The notes under the pieces are model-generated. The model was not told the origin of the DNA. It saw only the letters and a list, made by a program, of their open reading frames with translations, and did not search any database. Both the position numbers and the translations under genes were made by a program. This document shows, one piece after another, positions 9,830 through 17,592 of a stretch of DNA of 64,000 nucleotides. The stretch is from Acidobacteriota bacterium (GTDB lineage Bacteria > Acidobacteriota > CAIWXX01): NCBI GenBank assembly GCA_040755995.1, contig JBFMAF010000009.1:1-64000 (forward strand), written 5' to 3'. The first letter of the stretch is position 1. The number at the start of each line of letters is the position of its first letter.

Positions 9830-10150
9830 ATGGCACGTTCATCCAACAGAAGGATTCCCATCTCACTCATCGGTACGATGTTCTTCGCCTCGTTCATCAC
9901 GTCTGGTTTTGCCCAGGAGAACCAGCCGGAGGAGACGAAGGCGGAGGAAGAGAAGGCCGAAGCGCAGAAGGACGAAAAGGCGACCGAGGTAATTCCTGTC
10001 ACCGAGGAGATCACGGTGGCGGCAACGGCGCCCAGGGAGCTTCCCTATTCGTCGACATCGGTCGTCGAAGAGACGAATCTCGTCGCGACGCGTCCGACGA
10101 ATGTCGCGGATGTGTTGAACCTGACCACCGGTACGCTCGTGACGGTTCTG
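9830..10150 (+). pseudogene. N-terminal fragment (signal peptide and plug start) of a TonB-dependent receptor
   Basis: Signal peptide then EEITVAATAPRE...STSVV...TNVADVLNLTTG; sequence after about 10150 does not resemble a receptor and no barrel follows. Confidence 0.6.
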
Positions 10151-10253
10151 CCGACTCCGCTTCACGCCTGCGGCCACGGCTGTTTGGCCCGGACGACATG
10201 CGGCAGGGCCGGAAGGAAGGCCGGTTCTCTGCAAGCTCCAAGGAGGATTCAAA

Positions 10254-11378
10254 ATGATCCGCAAGGTTGTTTCATGCAGCGCCGTCGCCGCACTGCTGCT
10301 CTCCGGCTCGCACCTCCAGGCCTCGGTCCGTGTCACGGGGTGTGTGACAACCCCGCTCGAACTGAACGGCGCAAGCATCGCCGCAATGCCGCAGCATCCG
10401 CGCACGGTGAAGGTGTTTGGGCCGCAGGGGGACTATAGGTGCAGTGTCGATGTCACCGGAGCCAGCCTCCGCGAGATCCTGGAAAAGGCCGTCGTGTCGA
10501 AGGCGACGGATGACGGCTTCGGCCGCACCATCGACACGTATGTCATGGTGAAGGGAAGCGCGGGCGAACGGGCGCTGTTCTCGTACGGCGAGATCTTCAT
10601 GACCGGCGATCCGGCCATGTTCCTGCTGGTGGACCGCATGCGGCTTCGCATTTCGGGTCATCACGAGAGCCTTGCAGGAACCGGGTGGGAACCATCGCCC
10701 TGGCTGGATGCCCCCGGACGCGAGAAGCCCAGATTCGACGGGTGCGCGGGCTGCCATGATGGAACGAACCAGCTGAAGCTCTCGATGCCCAACGGCATCT
10801 GTCTGGTGCCGACTCGAGACCGAGTCGGGAGACGCTTCATCCGGGATGTGACCGAGGTGATGGTGTGCCAGTCTGGAGTCAAGGTCGCGGGGGCGAGGCC
10901 GAAGGGCGAGGAGATGTGGGTGGACCGCGCCAACCTCATTCTTCCGGACAACCGCAGCGTGACGATCGGAGAAGACGCCACGTCTGAAGCATCTCCAGTG
11001 GAATGGCAGGACGCGACGGTTGGCATGGGAAGGGGTTATCACGGGGATCACACGTGGTCCGGTGTGAGCGTCCGGTCGCTGCTGGAACGCGCGATGGGAA
11101 GCGCACCGGACTACGGCACGTTGGCCGTGCTGGTCACCGCCTCCGACGGGTACCGCAGTCTCTACTCAGGCGGCGAAATCGCCTACTCGCCGCTCGGGGA
11201 AACCCTCATGCTGGCGAGCACGGAAGACGCGAAGCCGCTGGCCCGCGACTCAGGCCGTTTCCGGACGGTCGTCAAGGGCGACTTCTTCGTGGACCGCAGC
11301 GTGCGCTCGGTCCAGGACATCCGGGTGATTGTCGCGCCCGCGACGTGTGAAGCCGCCGGCCAGTCAGAGAAGCACTGA
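10254..11378 (+). CDS. secreted protein with tandem molybdopterin-oxidoreductase-like domains and one CxxCH motif
   Basis: AGGAGG RBS, signal peptide; TGASLREIL...FSYGEI and WSGVSVRSLL...TASDGYRSLYSGGEI...RSVRSV units; CAGCH at 10743-10757. Confidence 0.7.
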   Translation: MIRKVVSCSAVAALLLSGSHLQASVRVTGCVTTPLELNGASIAAMPQHPRTVKVFGPQGDYRCSVDVTGASLREILEKAVVSKATDDGFGRTIDTYVMVKGSAGERALFSYGEIFMTGDPAMFLLVDRMRLRISGHHESLAGTGWEPSPWLDAPGREKPRFDGCAGCHDGTNQLKLSMPNGICLVPTRDRVGRRFIRDVTEVMVCQSGVKVAGARPKGEEMWVDRANLILPDNRSVTIGEDATSEASPVEWQDATVGMGRGYHGDHTWSGVSVRSLLERAMGSAPDYGTLAVLVTASDGYRSLYSGGEIAYSPLGETLMLASTEDAKPLARDSGRFRTVVKGDFFVDRSVRSVQDIRVIVAPATCEAAGQSEKH

Positions 11379-11576
11379 GGGAGATCGTCCGCTCAATCGA
11401 TGAGCCGGTCAGCGGCGGTCGCCGCCGTTCGTGGCGACAGGGTGGCGGAAGTGTACCTGAGAGCCGTCGACCGGATCACGAGCCGAATAGATGCGGGCAT
11501 CGATGCCGTAGGTGTGCATGAGCGTTTCCTCGGTGATCAGGGAGGACTCTTGTCGCGTTGGATAGACTCGCACCAC

Positions 11577-13886
11577 CTATTTCTTTTCTGACGCCAACTC
11601 CTCCAGGACCTGAACTCCACGTTCGAGAACCTCGTCCTTGCCCGCGAGGAGTCCCGCGCGGGTGGGGGCCACCTCGACCTCCGGGATCAAGCCGACGCGC
11701 TGGAGCCGCCGGCCGTCGGCGTGACGCACCTCGTGCCCGGTCATGGTGACGAAGATCCCTCCTGGCAGAGTGAAGGCGGTGACGTCGCCGTTGGCGCCCG
11801 CCGTTGCGGTGCCGACCAGCTTGACGCCAGCGGCCGCCTCGAAGAACAACCCAGTATGCTCGGCCTGGCTGATGGCCCGGTCATCGATCAGCATGACGAT
11901 GGGTTGCGTGTAGAGAGGCAGCTCCTGCTCGCTTGCCGGAAGCGGCTGGGAGAAGTAGTAGCCGGAGTCGGTCTCTTCTTCAGAGAGTGCGGAGACGGCA
12001 CGACGGCGGAACTGGGCGCCAATCTTCGCGCCGCGGACGTTGATGTGCCGCACGATGGACCAGGCCGTCCCTTTCGGGTAGCCGCGCATGTCGAGGATCA
12101 TACCGCGGGTCTCCTTGACCTTCTCGAACATCGACTCCACATCCGCAGGCATGAGTCGTGTCAGGTCTACATACCCGATGTCTTTCGAGAGGATGCGGAC
12201 GATGTCTCCGGTCTTGGGAACCCTGAACGACAGAGCCTTTGGATCGCGAAGGAGGCGGACCACCTTGTACTGGCCGTCAACACTTTGGACCGAAAGGACG
12301 GCCGTCGAGCCGGAGGCGCCACGCAGGAGCGCCCGCGCGCAGAGGCGGTCGAGGAGGGCCTGGCGAGTGGAGGAGGGAACATACGGCTCCATGCGGGCCA
12401 TGCGCGCCGCCACGGGCTCGCCGTCAACGGCCAGGATCGCATCGCCGACGGCAAGGCCCGCCTGCCGCGCCTTGTCGTCTCCGACATAGGTCACCACAGG
12501 TGCCCCTTCCAGCCACCGGACTTCGATTGGGAGCGCAGCCTCGCCGAAGAGCTTCGTGAGCTCCGGATGGCCGTAAACAAAGGTGTGACCGTCCGCCACG
12601 TGTGCCATCATTTCGAGGATAGTGGCCGCATAGTCTCGCCCGGTCTCGGCCGTCTCCATCTTCGAGAGGTACTCTGGGAGGATGGCGTCCCAATCGCCGA
12701 TCAGGTGGAGGTATGGATAGAAGTAGTGGATGACGGTCCAGCCGCGGATCACGGCCAGCTGCCGCGAGGCAAGGTCAGGCGCCAGCATCTCCGGGTAGGT
12801 CTTGTCCGGTCGGAAGACGGCGTCCGGCAGGCGTATGTAGGGGACATCTGCGGCTGAGGTCTGGGGAGCCGCGGCCCAACCCTTGCGAGCCAGATCGAGG
12901 GCCGATGCAAACGCTGCATCGTGCCCGCCTGGGACGGTATCGGGAAGCTGGATGTCGGCGTGGAAGCCATGCCAGGAGGCCTCCGGCAAGATCTCACTCA
13001 CTCGCACCTGTGCCGTGAGCCCCTCGCCGATGGGAACCGTCTGCGTCGCGACGACCGCCGACTCGTCCAGTTCTCCGGCGACCACGATGCGACCGTCGCC
13101 TGCGGCCTGTAGGGCCAGGGCAATCGGGGGAACCTCAGAACTGCGATCCAGCACGAAGACCACCCGCTTCGCAACGACTCCGCCGGATGGGCTGAAGCTC
13201 TGGGCGAACATCGTGAGGAACGCGGAGAAGTAGCCGCCGGAGGTCGTGCCGTCCTGGGGCGCGTATCCGGAATGCATCAGGTAGCGCTGGGCAGGGCTAT
13301 GGCAGGGGTGGCTCACGAGGTGGCTGGCAAGGTGCTCCAAGATATAGCCCCCCATGTACGATTCGTCAGTTGGCTCTTGTCCAAGCCGCAGGTCGACGAT
13401 CAGCGCCTTCGCCTTGTCAATCTCCTCGACCTTCCCGAGGACGGCGTTGTAAGCGCTCATGGGTTCCAGCCTCTGGAGGGAAGCGCCAAGGTCAATTGCG
13501 ATGATTCCCTCTTCGACCTGGCGCAACGGCGGCCGTACCTCTGTCGGCGGCCTCACCTCTGGCTCCTGCTGGCTCTGAGGTGCCGGGATGATCTTCGTCA
13601 TCGGGTCAGCGAGAGCGTCGAGCATCCCCTGCACCGCCGCGGCATACTCCTGCGCGCTCCTGGCATCGCGAATCCGCGGAATCGCCGCAATCAGTGCAGC
13701 GTCCCAGTCGATGTCTCTGTAGGCCAGGTACGGGTGTAGATATCGAACGAACCCCCAGAGCTTGCCAACGGCCGCGAGCCGCGCGATGTGCGGCCCGGGA
13801 GCCGATGCCGGCACCTCGCAGATGGCCGGGGTGGCGAGTGCGAGCAGCAGAATCGATGTCGCGAAATCCAGAGCGCGGCGCTTCAT
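11577..13886 (-). CDS. secreted S41-family (tail-specific-like) peptidase with PDZ domain
   Basis: GGAGG RBS, signal peptide; LWGFVRYLHPY, DGHT, GLAVGDAILAVDG (PDZ), LDMRGYP, AISQAEH, TAGANGDV, QRVGLIPEV. Confidence 0.9.
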   Translation of the reverse strand: MKRRALDFATSILLLALATPAICEVPASAPGPHIARLAAVGKLWGFVRYLHPYLAYRDIDWDAALIAAIPRIRDARSAQEYAAAVQGMLDALADPMTKIIPAPQSQQEPEVRPPTEVRPPLRQVEEGIIAIDLGASLQRLEPMSAYNAVLGKVEEIDKAKALIVDLRLGQEPTDESYMGGYILEHLASHLVSHPCHSPAQRYLMHSGYAPQDGTTSGGYFSAFLTMFAQSFSPSGGVVAKRVVFVLDRSSEVPPIALALQAAGDGRIVVAGELDESAVVATQTVPIGEGLTAQVRVSEILPEASWHGFHADIQLPDTVPGGHDAAFASALDLARKGWAAAPQTSAADVPYIRLPDAVFRPDKTYPEMLAPDLASRQLAVIRGWTVIHYFYPYLHLIGDWDAILPEYLSKMETAETGRDYAATILEMMAHVADGHTFVYGHPELTKLFGEAALPIEVRWLEGAPVVTYVGDDKARQAGLAVGDAILAVDGEPVAARMARMEPYVPSSTRQALLDRLCARALLRGASGSTAVLSVQSVDGQYKVVRLLRDPKALSFRVPKTGDIVRILSKDIGYVDLTRLMPADVESMFEKVKETRGMILDMRGYPKGTAWSIVRHINVRGAKIGAQFRRRAVSALSEEETDSGYYFSQPLPASEQELPLYTQPIVMLIDDRAISQAEHTGLFFEAAAGVKLVGTATAGANGDVTAFTLPGGIFVTMTGHEVRHADGRRLQRVGLIPEVEVAPTRAGLLAGKDEVLERGVQVLEELASEKK

Positions 13887-14128
13887 GAAGCCTCCTTGGT
13901 GCAACCTCGAGAGACGACCATGCTATCCCACCAAGAGGGCCTGTACAAAGGTCGTCGCTGTTGCGGTGTTGCGGCGGATGGACGGCCCGTGCAGCGAGGG
14001 AAGCGGCGCGTGAAGACGAACAGCCCTGTGGGATGGATCGAAGCCACACGCACGCGGTAGGATGGACCGCGGACCCCGCTCAGGAATAGACCCGTTTCCG
14101 GCTGACCCAAGGACCCAAGGACTGGTCC

Positions 14129-14157
14129 TTGACAGGCCAGGCGTCTCGCCCTAGATT
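14129..14157 (+). promoter_or_regulatory. sigma70-like promoter
   Basis: TTGACA-17 nt-TAGATT upstream of the 14248 ORF. Confidence 0.55.
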
Positions 14158-14247
14158 CTCGACGTGACTCTTGAAAGCCTGGAGCAGAAGAAAGATCCTC
14201 GGCTCTTGTGCTGCGAACCTGCCTGAACCTGCGACGGAAGAGCTTGC

Positions 14248-14721
14248 ATGGAGCCTGACGATCAATACGCGGTGAACACGGGTGTCGGCAACTCGGTGAT
14301 CGCGATGATCGCCGGCGCCCTTTTCGCCGGGTTCGGATTCTACTTCGCACCCGCGTTCTGGAAGGATCGGGAGCACATCGTCGCTATCTTCACGTTCATG
14401 CTTGGAGGCCAGGGCCTGTACTGGTTCTGCAATGGCTTCTACAATCTCATTCTCGGCGGCAACAAGAGGGCTCGGCAGAGGGCTGCGGCCGCCGAGAAGG
14501 GCTACTTCCGGAAGACGCCGTCAGGACAATACGTTCCGGTCAGAGCCAGGCGCGCGGGACGCCTTGGAGAGAAGAGGAGCAACGCTGGGGCCGTCGCCGG
14601 TTTCCTCATCGGCGCATTTCTCGGATTCCTGTGGGTCGGCTTCGACGGCGCGTTCGTCGGCATCGTCTTCGGGACAGGTCTCGGAGCTCTCATCGACAGC
14701 ACTCGCAAGCGCAACAAGTGA
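14248..14721 (+). CDS. small membrane protein, unknown function
   Basis: Four hydrophobic segments, Gly-zipper-like C-terminus, preceded by a promoter. Confidence 0.65.
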   Translation: MEPDDQYAVNTGVGNSVIAMIAGALFAGFGFYFAPAFWKDREHIVAIFTFMLGGQGLYWFCNGFYNLILGGNKRARQRAAAAEKGYFRKTPSGQYVPVRARRAGRLGEKRSNAGAVAGFLIGAFLGFLWVGFDGAFVGIVFGTGLGALIDSTRKRNK

Positions 14722-14903
14722 GCGAGGCATCAGGCGACTCTGGTCTCAGTCCCCCACGCTGACCAAACGCCAGGGCAGGCCCTATGGGATCAGGTGGAAG
14801 TGCTTCCTCGCGAACAGACGAAACACCGAGAACCCGCGCCGGACCAGGGTGAAAACCGAATTCGTGCACATCTGGCGTTGCGCCCGGATCATCGCTATCA
14901 CGG

Positions 14904-15024
14904 CAGCCCGGCGCGCGCGCACTTCAACCGTCAGATCACCCGAGCGAAGGTTCTCGATCGATGGTTCATGGCTCGGCCTCGAATCGGACCATCTTGTGCG
15001 CATCGGATCGAGCCGGGGTCTGGT
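14904..15024. repeat. degenerate about 120-bp direct copy of 20066-20185 (Y_Y_Y region of the hybrid kinase)
   Basis: Shared CACTTCAACCGTCAGATCACCCG...AAGGTTCTCGATCGAT...TCGGACCAT...TTGTGCGCATCGGATCGAG; encodes SIENLRSGDLTVEVRARRA versus SIENLPAGDLTVEVSARRA. Confidence 0.85.
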
Positions 15025-15051
15025 CCCCGAACGGCTCGCAGCCTGGCCGAA

Positions 15052-17592
15052 TCATGATTCCCTGCATCGCGAGGTGACATCGTGGCTGATTCGTTCGGCG
15101 GGCTCAACCCCCGCCTGTGTGGGATCGAGCTCGGCATCGAGGTAGCGGCGCAGCTCGGGTCGCACAGCGGTGAACCGCAGCTGAATTTCGCCATGCCGCG
15201 AATCGACCACTTTCGCGTAGGCATCCACCTCTGCACCGGGGAGGGCGTCAGCAGCGATCCTCACGCGCAGATCCACCAGCGAAGCGGGGCGCGAGTCTGA
15301 CCGTAGCAGCGCGCCACGAGGAGACACCCCCACGATCGAGCCCGAGAACGATTCCGTGTCGATCAGCTTCCCCGAGAGGACCCAGCACTCGACCGGGACT
15401 TCGGCGTGAAGGCGACGAAACACGTCTTGAACCGGCTCCAAGGAGATCCGGTCCGGCCCGCCGATGCCGACGAGCTCGTGCGCCACGACCGGATCCCGGA
15501 AGCCCTTGGCGTTGAGGGCAAACGTGCGCCCGATCACCACGTCGGGGCCGGCGGCCAGCCGCGTGCTCTCAGTCATCAGGATTTGACCCCCCACGGTGAA
15601 CGATTCGATCCGTCCCGCGAGATTAACGTGCGTGCCCACGACCCCGTACTTCGCACGCATCTCGGACCCGTTATTGCCCGCCACGACCGGACCGGTATTG
15701 AGTGCGATACCCATCTCGATGCGCGGCAGCCCGGCGGCCGCATTGCGGTTCGTGACGGACTCCATCGCGCGTTGCATTTCCAGCGCGCAGTGGACGGCGC
15801 GCCGAGCGTCGTCCTCGGCGGTCATCGGCGTGCCGAAGAGCGCGAGGATCGCGTCTCCGATGAATTCGTCGATCGTCCCTCGATGCCGGATGATAATGTC
15901 AGACATCGTCCCGAGGTAGTTGTTGAGCCCGGTCATCACTACTTCCGGATTCAATTCATGAGTCAGCAATGTGAACCCCCGAAGGTCGGCCATGAGGATC
16001 GTGACTACACGCATTTCGCCGCCGAGCCGCAATCCTTCCGGGGTGTCGAGAAGGCTGGAGACCACGTCCTGACTGAGATAGCGTCCGAACGTCGTGCGGA
16101 TGAACCGATTGCGCAGGTCCAGCTCTCCCATCAGCCGTTGCACGCACTCGTTCGCGCGCTTCAGGGCCAGTTGTGCCCGGAGACGAGCCAGCACCACGGG
16201 CAGGTCGAGCGGCTTCGTCACGTAGTCATTCGCCCCGAGGCTCAGTGCCTCCACGATGTCGGTGCTCGCGTTACACGCTGTGGCCATGATGATCGGAAGC
16301 TCCGTCGCCGAGTGCATCCGGCGTAGCTCGCGCAGGACGCCGATGCCGTTCAAACCCGGCATGACGACGTCCAGGATGACGGCGTCGAAACGCGACGTCT
16401 CAGCCATCGCAATAGCGATCTGGCCTTCCAAGGCCGACGACACCACATACCCGTGCGATTCGAGCCAGCTCGACAACAATCCGATGTTGATATCGTCGTC
16501 ATCGACCACTAGCACTCGATCGGTGTCGGTGTCCTCGCACGGCGCTCTTCCCTGAGGCGCGCGCCCGGTGGAGCGAGGCCGTCTCATCATCCTCGCGTGA
16601 TCCGTACCGCCGACCGATGTGACGACGTCTCCGGGAGAACCGGCCGGCGCCTCGCTGGATACGCTCGAGTCGGCTCCGACCGACCCGGCGAAGAACCGGT
16701 TTCTCCCGTGCTCCTTCGCCAGGTACAGCTGTCGATCAGCCGCATCGATGAGGATCGAGGGAGATGAGTGCAGCTCCGGAACGACGCATGACACTCCGAT
16801 CGAAATCGTCACGACGTCTGCAACCGAAGAGCGTTCGTGTCGAATCCCAAGCTCCCGCACGCGACTCAGCATCGTCTCCGCCACCGCACTGGCTCCGGCC
16901 GTGTCTACCTGCGGAAGGACGGCTGCAAACTCCTCGCCGCCATATCGCGCCACGAGGTCCGATGCGCGCAATACCGAGGACCCCAGCACCTGCGCCACTC
17001 TGCGGAGGCAACAATCTCCGGCGAGGTGCCCGTAGCGATCGTTGAACGCCTTGAAGTGATCGATATCCACCATCGCAAGCGCCAACCAGTACTGCCCCCG
17101 CACCGCACGCTGCCACTCCACATTCAGAGACTCGTCGAATTGCCTCCGGTTGGGTATGCCGGTGAGCCCGTCCCGCGCGGACAGCATGGCAAGGATGTCG
17201 GACTTGCGCTTCAGGTCCAGGTGCGTTCGAACCCGCGCCCGTACCAGCGGCAGGCTGAACGGCTTGCTGATATAGTCAACGGCGCCGGATTCCAGCCCCC
17301 TCAGCTCATCTTCCTCGGCATCCTGCGCTGTGATGAACACAATCGGTATGTGCTGCGTGCGGGGATTGGCCTTGAGCCGCCGGCATGTCTCATAGCCGTC
17401 CATGCCCGGCATCAGGATGTCCAACAGAATCAGGTCCGGCAGGACGTCAGCAGACGCCCGGTCGAGCGCGGTCTCGCCGCCGGTCGCAACCAACACCTCG
17501 CACGTCTCCCGAAACTCCTCGGCGAGAATACGAATGCTCTCGGGTGAATCATCTACGATGAGGAGGCGGTGCTTCGGCAAAGCGTCACTCAT
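15052..17592 (-). CDS. response regulator REC-GGDEF-REC-class III nucleotide cyclase with PilZ-like C-terminus
   Basis: ATG at 17592 overlaps kinase stop; two REC domains (LIVDD...LLDILMPGMDG...SKP; LVVDD...LDVVMPGLNG...TKP); RASD...YGGEEF; MADLRGFT...DEFIGDA...VNLAGRIE. Confidence 0.9.
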   Translation of the reverse strand: MSDALPKHRLLIVDDSPESIRILAEEFRETCEVLVATGGETALDRASADVLPDLILLDILMPGMDGYETCRRLKANPRTQHIPIVFITAQDAEEDELRGLESGAVDYISKPFSLPLVRARVRTHLDLKRKSDILAMLSARDGLTGIPNRRQFDESLNVEWQRAVRGQYWLALAMVDIDHFKAFNDRYGHLAGDCCLRRVAQVLGSSVLRASDLVARYGGEEFAAVLPQVDTAGASAVAETMLSRVRELGIRHERSSVADVVTISIGVSCVVPELHSSPSILIDAADRQLYLAKEHGRNRFFAGSVGADSSVSSEAPAGSPGDVVTSVGGTDHARMMRRPRSTGRAPQGRAPCEDTDTDRVLVVDDDDINIGLLSSWLESHGYVVSSALEGQIAIAMAETSRFDAVILDVVMPGLNGIGVLRELRRMHSATELPIIMATACNASTDIVEALSLGANDYVTKPLDLPVVLARLRAQLALKRANECVQRLMGELDLRNRFIRTTFGRYLSQDVVSSLLDTPEGLRLGGEMRVVTILMADLRGFTLLTHELNPEVVMTGLNNYLGTMSDIIIRHRGTIDEFIGDAILALFGTPMTAEDDARRAVHCALEMQRAMESVTNRNAAAGLPRIEMGIALNTGPVVAGNNGSEMRAKYGVVGTHVNLAGRIESFTVGGQILMTESTRLAAGPDVVIGRTFALNAKGFRDPVVAHELVGIGGPDRISLEPVQDVFRRLHAEVPVECWVLSGKLIDTESFSGSIVGVSPRGALLRSDSRPASLVDLRVRIAADALPGAEVDAYAKVVDSRHGEIQLRFTAVRPELRRYLDAELDPTQAGVEPAERISHDVTSRCRES

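Noticed and set aside
9788..10438. 216-aa ORF as an intact gene
   Set aside because: Its start lies inside the riboswitch and its 3' part overlaps the 10254 gene out of frame; only 9830-10150 looks like a real TonB fragment
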